The notes: generated by a model not told the origin, from the letters alone. A DNA stretch of 64,000 nt from Camelus ferus (GCF_009834535.1 NC_045696.1:48610001-48674000), one strand, 5' to 3'; counted from the first letter of the stretch, positions 13,201-26,440 are shown. Made by a program: numbers and translations.

Positions 13201-13919
13201 CTAACAGTCATTGCAAAGAAAAAATCATTTCTTCTTTAAATGGGGAAATATCGCAGACCCAAGATAGTTCTTTTCCTTCTGAAACTGTTATTTTTAAGGG
13301 ATAAATTGTGTTTTTTAATGATGCACACAAGCAATTGCAAATAAAATGAGAGTTATACAGAGAGACTGAACAGAAAGTAGACCCTATCATGGTTTAACTA
13401 AATGGAGTTTGGTACCTGAAAAAAGTGTTACTCTTACGATCGGTATGAACTTGAGCAGATATTCAACTTTTGCAAAATAATGTAACTCAAGATATTACCA
13501 GTTAACAGGGAGTTTTCTAGGGGTCAGTATATTCATCATAATAATTTTTTTATCTCTACTCAAAGATGGAAGAAAGTCTCTGTTCCCATGCCTGATATAA
13601 ACTTGCAGAAAGTTGGCAGATATGTTGGGAGAAAAAAACTTGTGGGGTAAAATTATCTCTGACAAACAATAGAAATAACTTCTGTTGGGAAACTACACAG
13701 GGTAAAGTGCCAATAAAGAATAAATTTTAACTAGAAAAGTACTTCTTATTATAGCTACAAAAAAGAGAGATCATGTTCACCTGCTGTGAAAATACAAAGT
13801 TAAAGAACTCTATTAAGATACAGCAGGTGTAGTGTTGAGGTTCACAATGGTAAGCCCAGACTCCCAGTCATTGCAGTATGATTGTCAAACTTAGTCCCTA
13901 TACATAAAATATTTTGAGA

Positions 13920-14240
13920 GTATTATTATTCTCTTTTTTGAGATTAGAAAACTGAGTCATAAGAGTGTGAAACATTTACTTAAGGCCTTGCAGCTATTGA
14001 CTGGAAGAGTTAAGGTTCTAATCCAGACTCCAACGCCCGTGCCGAGTACTTAATCTCTGAAATATATTGGCATCTGTCATTTTTAAATGATTTTTGAATG
14101 TTGAAAACTACTGACTGAGAGGAAAAACTTCGAGTAAGAGAAGCATGAGCTTGCATTCCATTTCTGTCACTTACTAGGAGAACATATTGAGCAAATTAAT
14201 TAATTATTGGCCTCTCAGTTTCTTCTTGTATGGATTAACT
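13920..14240. mobile_element. MIR fragments (both orientations)
   Basis: TTTGAGATTAGAAAACTGAGTCATAAGAG...AAGGCC..CAGCTA, and TCTGTCACTTACTAG...CCTCTCAGTTTCTTC. Confidence 0.55.
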
Positions 14241-16946
14241 CCTGGTTATCAAACTTCACTCTCAGTGCATTGTAGGGAATGTGAATGATCACCATTAGGC
14301 TCAAGAAAGGATGTAAATATAAATGTTGAAGCTGCAAAAATAATATGTTTCAGAGCATGAAAGACATAGAGTTGAATTTATGTTTGACAAGGTATAAGAA
14401 AAATCTGGCTAAGGACTTAGATTTTCATTCTTCTCTCCTGCTACAATTACATTTTATATTAAAATAGTTCTGTATTAACATTTTATATAAAAGTTTAAAA
14501 ATTTTTTGAGTTATCAATTGTCTTCTCAGGATTTTGCTCTGTTTCATTATATTTTATCTCAATTTTATTGAATACAGATGAAATAAAATGACAGTTAATT
14601 ATTATAAACATGAAACTGTTAAGTGTCTATGAAGCAATCTCTTTCTATTATCTTCATTATAATGGAAGTAAGGAAAAATATTCATGTGTAACCTGAGTAT
14701 AAGCCAATGATAATGAAGGCTTATTATATTATCTTATTATAGTAGAGTCGACAAACTAAAAATATGCTTACAATCCTCATTTATAACACTTTAATTTTGC
14801 TTTGGTTCCATCTATTTTGTCTCGTGGTATAGAAAAGACTTAATTTTATCCCAAATCTAAGAAAAAAATTTCAGATCATTTCTTGTGATTGGAAAAGACC
14901 AGTGGCTTGAATATCTTATTTGGCTTGTTAAATAGCAAAACTTTCAAAATTAAATCAGATGTCTCACATCTGAATAAATATTTGTGATTTTACTTTATAA
15001 ACACAATAATTCTTAAAAATTGTGACTCTGCATAGGTTATAATAAGATGCAAAAATCTATGAAACTATTTTGGAAGGTTAAAATATAACATTATTGAAAT
15101 AAAATGACATTTTCCCCAGATTAAGACATTTTCTAATATTGTTTTAATTGACTTTGACATTGAATTCTGCCAATGAAATCTTGTATTAGAGAATTTTCTT
15201 TCTTTCAAATTTATTATAAACTTTTTGTATGTATGTATGCCAAGCATACACATACACACATTTATATGTATTTTTTTCCTTTAGAGGAAAAAATATATAT
15301 ATCTCCAAGGAATATTTGCCTAGTGTTGATCTGTAAATAAATTGACAATAGAATAGTGAAAATGTTAAGAAATCTGTAACGAGGGTTTGAACAGCTGTTC
15401 TATAGCTGCTCAAGGCAAATAACGCTTGTGTTAGTATCTGAAAGGTCAGATGGAGCAAAGGAGGAATGTTCAGAATTCTGATGTTAGAATTTGTCAGGAC
15501 AAAAGGGAAGTTCCAGATTTTTACAATGAGACTGATTCTGGAACTCTATTAACTCTGTTGATATGCTTAAGGTAGAGTAGTTTTTCTTCTTTTCAAAGTA
15601 TTTTTAGCTTTTTTTTTTTTTAACCAAAAAAAGCCAAATAAAACAAAAATGTTAACACTGGGGTTAAAAACAAGAACACAGGCCTCCACTACAATCACAT
15701 AAGAGAGGCATTATGAGAGTAGGTGTTCAGTGACCTGGATTTAGCTAAATTGGGTTCAGTCAATGACTCACTGTTGAGAAAGGTTGACCTATTCAATTTT
15801 AAAAATAGTACTTTTTGAATAAGCCAATCCAGGGTGAAGTTGACCAGATAGCATACTTAATGGCACAGCTTTCATTTAAGTATTTTTTTCCTATGACTTG
15901 CCCAATTATTGAAAATAGCAGCAAATGGGTCTAAATTTCACTTATCCACCCTCCTTTATCCACAACTCCTCTAATATTTTCTGTGCTTATTCAGTTGGCA
16001 GCAGGACTGTGTGTGTCTGTCTGGCTGCACGAGGAGAGCGGATTGGTTGTTGCATTCATCAACTTGGTTTCCTCAGGGATTTCCAGTGTGTAAGCCACCA
16101 AAACCCCTGTCACCTCATGGTCATGTGTTGGAGTGACAGCCAGAATAGCTGGTTTGTATTAACTACAACAAAGGATATTTTCTAGAACCTGCCTGGTGGC
16201 CTTTCAGTTGTATTACTGACTGGACTTTATAATGTTTTTTTCTCGCGCAGAAAGCACAATTTCTCACCATCCCAGACCGCTGTACATTGAAACAGACTGA
16301 CCTGCTGGCATCTGTAGCGGAGCCAAATGCATCCATGCTTTACATCAACGGTTTCACCACACTTAATTCTAACCCAGCTGCTTTTCATTGCTTTTGCTCT
16401 GAGTTCACACCTACTTGGCTTCTTGCTTCTTCTCTTTTAGGAGAGATTGATCTTCCTCCTCTTCTAACCCAATGTTTAGCATTTTAACACCTGCCCCCTT
16501 GATGCTTTCATTCCTTGTACATCTCTGCCTCTCAGTTTATTAATCTATTCCCTGAAACATTTCTTTTCCCTTTATTGTGTGTGTGCTCTTCAAATTCGTT
16601 ATGTCATACCCAGAGCTATAAAGATAGACTCGAACTTTTCCCCCAGAGAATATTCTGGAAATGGGTGTGTCCTTGCTCCTTTAGTGGGACCCACAGCCTA
16701 CTAGACTACATACCCAGGCCTATTTCTCACTGATCTTTTCATCTTTCCTACCTCAGGCTAATAAGGAACTTCTGCCTATGAGATTATCTAAATCTGCAAA
16801 ATTGAGCTCCTCTTTCATCTGCAAGTATCTAGAATCATTCAACAAAAATCAAATTGCTAATCATGGAATATTCATTAGCAACTTCCACACAGTCAGGCAT
16901 CCTTCAGTCTCATATGTAGACACATATACAATCATACTAATCATGC

Positions 16947-17025
16947 TTTTTTTTTTTTGAAGCTCTAGTTGGCTTTATTCAACAATCATGAATCAGGCAG
17001 CATCCCATCTAGCAAGTAGAAAGAT
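16947..17025 (-). mobile_element. Short polyadenylated retrocopy resembling an ERV LTR 3' (R) segment
   Basis: Minus strand reads ...GATGGGATGCTGCCTGATTCATGATTGTTG AATAAA GCCAACTAGAGCTTC followed by A13. Confidence 0.45.
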
Positions 17026-17369
17026 ACTTGCCTAATTGTGGTCTTTTCATTCATTGTTTCCATCAGTTCATTCATAAAAACCCATACCAAACAAACCCTT
17101 TTAGTTACTATTACTTTTTGACCAATTCTATCATGCTAGACCTTTTGCTAAGTGCTTTATAAAAATAATCAGATTTAATTTCCTCAAGAGCCCTACCAGG
17201 TGGACTGTAATAGTAGTAGCAGTGGTAGTAGCAATAATACTTCTTGTTTACAGATATGAAAACTGAAACTAAAGTGATTATGTATCTTGTCCAAAATGAT
17301 ACCATCAGTAAGGAGACACGCCAAGCCTCCCCTCAAGAATGTGTAATTCTACACCATTAACCAATAATA

Positions 17370-17959
17370 TATGTGACCTAAACTTTGGTAAGCTCTATTC
17401 TCAAAGTGTAAAAAGCTGTCTGGGATTTTAAGAATGAACATCAGCTAAGAGCGAAAATGGAAAAGGCAGCTCTGCCATTAATCAGGGTGGGTAGGAGGTT
17501 GGATACAGACAAAGACAGTCTCCATATTAACAGAACACATCATTTCCCCGAGGCCTCCCCGTAAAATGCCATAACTAACCTCTCTTTGTGTAACTTCTGT
17601 TTGCTTACCAGTGATGCTCCCAGAAGTTCTTTGTTTATTTCGTCTATTACTGAGGACATCTAATTGCTGAAATGCTGTCACCTCATGACCGCACCCAATT
17701 CCTAGTAAATCCTCATTCTCTCAATCCTGCCTAAAACCAGCAACTAATCCAGAGTTAATGCCCTCTTTCCTTAGACACTCTTCAGAATTATTCAGCAGTA
17801 ACCAAAACCTTTCAAAAGATGCTTCCCTGTTTCCTCTTGTCATGTGGCATTTCATAGCTCCTCTGGAGTGCCCTTTTTAGCTGCAGCAAGTCAACACATC
17901 CAATTCTGTCAGATTTCAAATTTGTGCCTGGTGGTCTTTGGCTGATTAAGCCTTTAACA
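17370..17959 (+). mobile_element. ERV-L class solo LTR (MER54/MER73-like)
   Basis: 3' end GCAAGTCAACACATCC...CCTGGTGGTCTTTGGCTGATT...ACA; internal CCAATTCCTAGTAAATCC and CAACTAATCCAGAG. Confidence 0.55.
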
Positions 17960-18332
17960 ATGCATAGTGAATTAATACACTTAAGCAATTCCTAGAGGAA
18001 GAAAAATAGCCATTAAATATTAGAGAGAATGCTTAGTGACTCATAATAAAAATACAAATTAAAATAATATGCCCCTTTATCAATTTTGTAAAGATACTTA
18101 GAATTTTAAAGATTCTGCATTGTCAAGATAATACAGGCACATAGTGCAAGTGCAAGGTAGTAAGGGAGGGGAGGACTGGATGCTGTCACACAGGCAGGTG
18201 CAGTTGTATGTTGCTTCAGATTTTCTGGAAGGAAATTGGGGCTTCATTTATAGTCTAGTTTTTAATAGGCTATTGGGAAAAATGACGAAGCTACAGAAAA
18301 AATTTACTAGGCTATCCATGGCAGCACTTTTG

Positions 18333-18811
18333 GTAAATCTGCATAAAAAGAAAAAAACTATTTCAAAAATTAATTGCAGATTTGGTGGGGAGAAAGAGCT
18401 GATAGGATTGTGGGAAAGTTTTGGTCTCATAATTTTCTATATTTTTCATGTATGAAATAATGAAATTATGTATATATTATAATGAGAATAAAAGCATTTA
18501 TCATAAACTGAGAGTGGCAGGCCTCCAAATTAAATACATTACAAATTATTTACCATGACAAATTATGCATGAGATATGAACATAAATAAATTCATTTAAA
18601 TAAACTTTATTGAATGGCAGTCAGGTGCTAGCATAAGAGAAATAGTAATTATAGGCACATGACTGTATTTATTCATATCCAGTGAGTGATATGGGCTCAT
18701 GGACCCAATTCAGTGAAAAGAACATAGAAATATTATCTGTCTATGATCTATTATTTTATGACTATACACTCCAGTTGATACCAGTACTTTCAAATACTCA
18801 GAAATGAGATA
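18333..18811 (+). repeat. Left arm of a ~480 bp inverted duplication
   Basis: Reverse complement of 20018-20491; manual alignment gives about 15 substitutions and 5 gapped nt, with a perfect core at 18538-18664. Confidence 0.97.
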
Positions 18812-19360
18812 CATGTTACAAGTTCTCAGTACTGTTACGTACAGTGGTTGAGTAAGCAGTCACTAGGGGGTTGTAGCTAAATGACAGTCTGAAATTCTAC
18901 ATCTTCAGTTGCCAGGGTCACCGTCAGGCCATCCACACCTGCCGTCTTTCTTTGTGAAGGGGTAACTCAATAAGGATGTTTTCACGGGAAATTGAAGAGA
19001 GTTGCCCATATTTAACCAAAGCTACTTCAGTTTTTCTTTGTTCTCATAAGCAAATGAGGACAGGGAGAAACAGAGAGCTTCAGCTACATTTTATCAACAT
19101 CTACTGATAACTTGGGTCCAAGCAGTCTGCCCTCCCATGTGGAAGTGGAGGTGTGGGTAGAGGGAGTAAAATGGAGGATGTGTTCCAGAAATGTATATTT
19201 TGTAGCATGTTTAACCAGTTTCTTTGTTCATCTGAGGTCTTAAATCAAGTGCATGCAAAAGAATATATTTGCTCTAATCTATGGATTAGCTTTGGGTTAA
19301 AAGGTCTGACCTTAACTAACCTTTGCCTCTTACACCATTCTTCTTCCTTCTTTTCCACAG

Positions 19361-19430
19361 AAAAAAAAATGCAGTCTGATGTTTTGAAGATATCAGATTT
19401 GTGGGTGAAGAGATCAGATCTGTAATACAG
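19361..19430 (+). other. Candidate internal exon (70 nt, stops in all three frames, so non-coding or UTR)
   Basis: Branch point AACTAAC (19314-19320), ~37-nt polypyrimidine tract, acceptor TTTTCCACAG|, donor CAG|GTATGG. Confidence 0.6.
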
Positions 19431-19753
19431 GTATGGCTAATTATAGCTTATAACAAGCCAGTAAGAAGCAGTGAAAATATTGGCTACTGACATTTTGTTT
19501 TGCCTGAAACAATGACTTAATGTTTGCGGATTTCAGATTCATTGCACTTCATAGTCATATTTTGCTTTACTAAGGAATATGTGTGCATAAAACATATGAA
19601 AAAAGGAATATGGCACCTATTATTCTGCCTCCCAAGGCTTTAAGAGCATTTTTTTTAAACACCTCCTTGTTATTTCTTAAATTATGTTATTCAAATGATA
19701 GGAGATAAGATAATAGAGATAAAAGAGCCATGGAAAATATCATATATCTAAGC

Positions 19754-19820
19754 CTTTTTTTAAAATTGTTTTTTGGGAGGTAAGTAATTGGATTTACTTG
19801 TTTATTTATTTATTTATTTA
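19754..19820 (-). mobile_element. 3' tail of a camelid tRNA-derived SINE
   Basis: Minus strand (AAAT)n...CAATTACTTACCTCCC-A-rich matches the tail of the copy at 52789-52905. Confidence 0.6.
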
Positions 19821-20017
19821 TACCTTTTCTATATATACCCATATATATAAATCCAAAAATTTTAATGAAATTTTTATCCCCTGTATGTATTGTTTAAGAA
19901 ATGATCTTTTTAATTTAACAGCATATTGTGTCACCAAATATTAATTTACAAAACCCTTTTTGTTGGCATAGAATTCTGTTTTCTACATGTAACATCAATT
20001 ATTTAACTAAATGTATA

Positions 20018-20491
20018 TATCTCATTTCTGAGTATTTAAAAGTACTGGTATCAATTGGAATGTATAGTTATAAAATAATAGATAACAGATAATATTTTTA
20101 TGTTCTTTTCACTGAATTGGGTCCATGAGCCCATATCACTCATGGGATATGAATAAATATAGTCATGTGCCTATAATTACTATTTCTCTTATGCTAGCAC
20201 CTGACTGCCATTCAATAAAGTTTATTTAAATGAATTTATTTATGTTCATATCTCATGCATAATTTGTCATGGTAAATAATTTGTAATATATTTAATTTGG
20301 AGGCCTGCTACTCTCAGTTTATGATAAATGCTTTTATTCTCATTATAATATATACATAATTTTATTTTCTCATACATGAAAAATATAGAAAATTATGAGA
20401 CCAAAACTTTCCCACAATCCTATCAGCTCCTTCTCCCCACCAAATCTGCAATTAATTTTTGAAATAGCTTTTTCTTTTTATGCAGATTTAC
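20018..20491 (-). repeat. Right arm of a ~480 bp inverted duplication
   Basis: Reverse complement of 18333-18811 at about 96% identity. Confidence 0.97.
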
Positions 20492-22379
20492 TCTAGTTAA
20501 GATCAGTGTGGATGTATGTATGTATCCTTAACATATTTGTTATCCTAAATTTCATTACAACATTATAAGATAATTCTACTTAGTACCCAAAAGTCTCTTA
20601 ATAAAAGTCATTATGATTCATATGTACAGACTTAGTTGATATGTGAATATCTAGAGACAGTAACAAATTCTATTTAATTGTTATAACTACCCATTCCTTT
20701 TCCCCTAGAAGAGCTTCTAACAGCCCTTGGACCTCAAATCTTTTATAAAATGTGTATAAAATACGTATTCAGGTCTGTCCCATGATATGGCCATGACTAA
20801 TGATTATCTATCTACATTAATGGTTTCCTTTTTCTCACTGTACCTTCACTGATGCCTGAATGGAAGGAGCTCATAACTATAGCTCCCTTTCCTTTTTCCC
20901 CCTTGAAATCTGAAATTAAAGTGGTCCCTTTTCGTTTGACAATAGTAATTGTATATTTCACAAATGTCATAGTACAATTACAAAGTTAAACTCAAAAATA
21001 TTCTATTTCTTTAACATGCAAACCTTTATATAATTCAGTTTCTATTTTGAAAATGTCACAAAACATATACGTATGGGAAAATGACACAATTTCTCCCTCC
21101 GCTGAAACTCAGCAATTCATATCGGTACAGTCTAGACTAGCATGGCAGGAACTGATGACATGAATATGACTCTAGTAGTTTTTCTAACAACTCAACGTGA
21201 TTGCTAAATCTTCAGGTTTTGTCTTGCTGATGGTGAGGAAGCCAAATACTCCACAGTGCTGATCTCTCATCTGAGGGTAAAAATGTAGAAGCAAAAATAC
21301 TATATTATATTTTAAATAAAAGTTCATTCATTGTATGTGTGACAGGTTCCCTTGACCTTGAGGAACTCACTGTCAAGTGGGCGGGTCAGATATGCCAAGA
21401 AATAACTATCACACAGCATTGTCATGTAAAAGAGTTATTCAAAGGGTGTAATGGAAGCGATTATAAACTCCTTCTCTTATGACTAGTAATCTCAGATGAT
21501 TTATAAGACAGAAGAAAGACTTACAGTGATTTGAAGGCCTGTCTGTTAATTTCTGAGATCACTGGTCAGTCTTTAGGCAACGGTTTTTTTGTTTTTTGGT
21601 TTTTAGTTTTTTCTCTGTTTTGACCCACTGGCTGTCCCTTCAGCTAACCTTACAGGACTGTTGGAGGAAAAGTAGAATCTAAAGAGGAGACAGGGGATCA
21701 GAAAAAAAAAAAAAAGCACACATTTTCTAAACCATTCTCTCTTCAGAAGAGACAGTTATTTGGACATTTCAACAGGATATAGCAAAATCTATACACTAAC
21801 GTTTGTTTTGTCATCTGAGAAGCATTTCTGTTCAGTCCTGTTTGCTGCTAAAAATTCATTCAGAAAGCAAAAATGTAAGCCAATATTTCTTGGGTAATGT
21901 TGTGTTTGCAGTGAAAATGCAGTATGCATACAATTTTTATCCCCCAAAAAAGTCATTATGATTTTTCAACCTATAATGAAGGGAGACTTTACTCTTTAGA
22001 GATGAGAGTAAACAACAGATTGAACAAGGGAGAAAGAAAGAAAGAAATGTAAATCATAGTCCTTTGGGAGAAAAGATATTAAGAATCACAGTTGTTTTTC
22101 TTTTCATTCTATGACAGTTCAAGCATATCCTACCAGAGATTAAAGACTTATCCTGACAATATATGCAGAAGGAGAAAATGAAGCAAAGAATTGAGAGACA
22201 TAGATCTGAATTATATTATCAGGTCTATTAAGGATTTTTACTTACTAAACTAGCTTCTAAGGTTCTAATGTTCCTACTGAGTTTTTTTATTTACATGGAA
22301 AAGTTTTCATATAATAAATCTTCATATAGAAGAAATACAGAAGAATAATAGAGAAGAAATAAACATATAAAAATAATAA

Positions 22380-23650
22380 ATAATTTTCATAGTTGGAAGT
22401 ATCATGGAGAAAATAAATCATGATAATGTAATAGAAAATTATTTAAATTTTATTGAAAGTTTCTCTGCGGCAGTGACACAAAATTTGAACCTTAAATGAG
22501 AGAGGAAAATTCTTGTAAATAGGAAGAGATCTTCATGCAGAAGCAGCTAATGCAGAGGACCTAAGGAAAGCCCTTGCAAGTCAGTCATAGCCTGATTCAG
22601 AATAGCATGACCAGATTTACATTTTTAAAAAGGTCATTGTCTACTGTCTCAGAAACTGCTTATCAAAGGACAACACTTGAAGACATGAGATCAGGAAAAG
22701 AGTTGTTGTGTTAGTCAAGGTAAAAAGTCAAGATGGTGTAAACTAAAGTGTTGAATGTTGAGAATAGAGATGAAGAGAAGCAGTGATTGTCAGGGTATAT
22801 TTGGAGAATGACTAGGAAGTAGAATTTTTCATTGCATATGGGGCCAAAGGAATGGAGGAATCAAGCAGAATCTGAATTTGGGGGCTTGACCCACTAGATA
22901 GAATCTGGTGTAATTTACTGCGATGGGAAATTCTGGTGAAAAAGCAAGTGAAGGAAGATGGGGCAGAGGATTCATTAAGGGTAATCAAGAATTCTGTTGC
23001 AAACATGTTATAGTTGAAACGCCTGTACAGTATCCAAGTAGAGATGTTTTGTAGGGGGTTATATGTACCTTTTGTGACCTAAGGGAAAAGTTACACTGAG
23101 CATAACATTTTGAGTATCATCAGCATAAAGTTGGGATTTAAAGCCAGAGCTTGAAGAATATCACTTTGAGAAAGAATGTGTAGACAGAAAAGAAAAAGAC
23201 CCTGGGATTCTCCAAAAGGTAAAAGCTAAGAAGATTAAGAAGATGCAAGAAATGAGCCTGAGAAATAGGAATAGAAGGAAGACAGAACTTTCATGCCACG
23301 GGAGCCCAGTCAGATGTTTCAAAGGGAGGGAGTGCAGCTGGCACATCGCCGGCAATGTCGCCAAGAGGATGAGTGAGGTGAAGACGGAGAAGTGGACAAT
23401 AAATTGGTAACATGGAGAAGAGCCGTTTCAGAGGTTAGTGGAGGAGGAAGCTGGACTAGAGGGAACATAGGAGTGACTGGAAGGTGAAGAAGTAGTGAAA
23501 GAGATGAGAGATGAAGATAGTAGAGAACGAATGGGGCTAACTATTTTGTTGGCAATGATTAACATAGAAATGGTTTGCAGTAGTGAGGTTCATGTGAGAT
23601 CAAAGGGAGGGACCATCCATTTTTGTCCATTGTTAGGAATGATCCACTGC
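22380..23650 (-). mobile_element. L2 LINE, long degenerate fragment
   Basis: Purine-rich antisense L2 motifs: AGAGATGAAGAGAAG...TATATTTGGAG, ACATGTTATAGTTGAAACGCCTGT...ATCCAAGTAGAGATG, GTATCATCAGCATA...TTTAAAGCC. Confidence 0.75.
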
Positions 23651-25969
23651 AAGGAGTTGGGGGAATTAAGATGTAGATGGTATAGGGTAGTGGGTTTTGC
23701 TCCTTTGTTTGAGTCAAAATGATTTGCACTGAGACAGTTTTCTAAAGAAGTCCAGTTTAATATGTGACTTCTACTAGTCCACTGTCATGATAGCATCTCA
23801 AATTTTCATCTGATGTTAACATAAAGGCCTGAAAGAGTTTTCCAGGGGGTAGAGTTAACAACAAGAATTTATCTAGATTCCTTCAAGTCAGTTTCTCTTT
23901 CAACACAGGGTCACTTTCCTGAGTTTTGCAAACCCAGTCTATAACAGTGACTCAAATACTGTTCAGTGTTTCCTCCATGATTTCCTGTGGGACTCTGTGT
24001 GTATTCGGGAATTCTCCGCAAGAGGGCCAAAGCACCCAGATTGCAGGCAGGATCCACTGGGAAAAACAGCTCTGAGACTTTCACTGTCATCCCTGAGTGA
24101 ATCTAAAGTTAGCACACAGACTGCAGGACAGGTTGAACCATAAAATGACGTGTTTGTTGCCATTCTTCTTTAACAAACATTACGAACATCGCTCCCTCAT
24201 CTCCCAAAGGAGCCAGGCGTGCTCTTAATCTTTTGGCTGGTTGACCTGTACTGATCACTAATTCCCCTCCTTTCATTCTAAGTATACCTGCACATCTCTG
24301 TGCCTCTCTTCTAAAATGGGCTAATTCTTCAGTCTGCCCAGAGTGAATCTTAATACTGGTTACAGTGTGCAAGTGTCCATCCCTTGGTTTCTTGATTTCA
24401 TCCCTCTAGCTCTGTGTACACTTGCCATTCTGTCAACTACTTGAGACTTCAATGGATTGACTAATACATGTTTGCAGAACACAGAAGAACAAGTCACTAT
24501 TTATAAGTAAAAGTTTGGATTTTATTACCTACCAGTCAGTGCTACTGTAAGATTTAATTATAGTTTGTAAAACAATTTGTCATTGATAGCTGAAAATCAA
24601 TCGAGGAAGTTAGTGTTACAGTGATTACAGGGGAACCCCATAAATATAGCCATATGCTTAAAACGTAAATCCCAGTTTTAGCCATTTAAAAACATACGAT
24701 TAATGTCTCACTGGTATTTTATGGCAATGTTTGAGCTCTCATTTAAGTATTTTAAATAACTGAGCCATAGATAACAATAAAAGCAAAAGAGCAGTTTCAT
24801 GGTGCTACTGCTGCCAACAAGGTCTGAACTCAGGATTCTGCTCTTTATCCAAAGCGTGCCTTTCTTCCTCTTCTCAGCATTTGCCAGTAAAAGGTTCTTA
24901 ATAAATAATTTTCTCATCATCCATAACACTAATTTACACTCCCACAGATTTTAACATTCCTAAGAAAAGATACCGTTATTGGCTTCTGCTGGCATCTGTT
25001 AAAGTGCTCTGGCTTTCCAGACCTGTAAGATTTGCCATTCATTTGTGGATCACAGCTTTTAACAACGCCGAAGTTGGCTGTCTCTGAGTTTCTCTTCGAC
25101 ATTGGGATATTTGTTGAGATAGTGTGGAAAATACGTTAGAGAAAGAGAGATAATGAAGTCGTCTATTAAGCCAGGTGGTAAGCTGTAAGTCACTGAACCA
25201 TTCTTTTGTTTCAGCAACAACAGGTTCAGGATTGCTATACATTTATGGCACCTCAGCCAGATGTTACACAGAGTTGTCCTGAAACCTCTGGGCTTCAGGC
25301 AGATATAAGATGGAGTCCTTTGGAGAAATAAAGGCTGGGAAAATGGGAAATTATCATTGGCTCTTTTAAGAAAAGAAATGCAACTTGCTCATAATATAAT
25401 GCTTAAATCTAAGCTTGTAATGCAGAGGTTTTAAAAAAATATAAAATTTCCAATCATAATTGTGTACCTTTATTAACTGCAAAACTATTTGTAGATGATA
25501 ACTAAAATTTAGGTTGTTACCTTTCTTCTATTCATTTTCTCTCCTCTGATCTTTAATAATGTTCCTTCCACAGAAAGATGAACATTAAAAAATAAAATAC
25601 AGAGTTTTTACCCAGTGTAGTAGCTAGGTTCTTTATAGGTTATTTTACCTATCACTTGGGGACATGTTCCCATCTCTTCATCTTTACTTCTCTTCAAGCT
25701 TTCTTTTTCATTTCTGTTTGCACTATTTCTCTTTTACAAATGGTATAGAATGAGATCTCACTGTCATAATTTTCTGAAAGGTGAGAAAAGGGAAAAAATA
25801 ATAGGAAAGTCCATATCAATTAATTAAATAGAACATTGCTTTTTGTATTTTAATGATAACAGTGATATAGCAGTTTTCAAGTACTGTGTGAAATGTCCCT
25901 TGCAGCTGCCAAAAGAGATAATAAAATATGAAACTGTCTTCATAGAAGCACAATGTCTTTAAAAATAGG

Positions 25970-26440
25970 AGGTTCTATGCTCTGTGTGAGTTATACCTGG
26001 GAGCACTATATTCAGTTCTGAAAGTTATACTTCAATAAAATTGACAAGTTGGAGTGAAGTCAAAAGACAGTAACCAGACCATGATGGCATTAAAACTGGG
26101 CCACATAAACAGTGGTTGGAGTCGGTGGATGGGGATGTGGGGGCACAATTTAAGAGTCATCTTTATGTGTCTGAACCACTTTCATTAGAATTTGATTTAT
26201 GTACATGATTCTTTCTGACAGAAGTAGAAGAAAAGGTAAAAGTGACAGGGATGCAGAATCCACTGAACAAGAAGGGATTTTTTCAAAATGATCAGAACTG
26301 CTAAAACTGGAAATCAGTATTTCAACAATGCACATGTCCTGAGATGTGTTGAACTTGCTATCAATAAGGTTCAAGTTTCCATTAAAAAATTTTACTAGCT
26401 AATTTCTCAGTCATTTCCATTCCCAACTATGAGTCTGTGA
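25970..26440 (+). mobile_element. CR1/L3 LINE 3' fragment
   Basis: CCTGGGAGCACTATATTCAGTTCTG...ATTGACAAGTTGGAG...CAAAAGACAGTAACCAG...TTCCCAACTATGAGTCTGTGA. Confidence 0.6.

Noticed and set aside
18333..20491. Inverted repeats as TIRs of a DNA transposon or foldback element
   Set aside because: No TSD (flanks CACTTTTG vs TCTAGTTA), no transposase in the spacer, and the left arm is continuous with local decayed L1ME sequence
18333..20491. G-U wobble bias among arm mismatches as evidence of selection on RNA structure
   Set aside because: About 7 mismatches would be G-U in a + strand RNA and about 6 in a - strand RNA, which is just the ordinary transition excess
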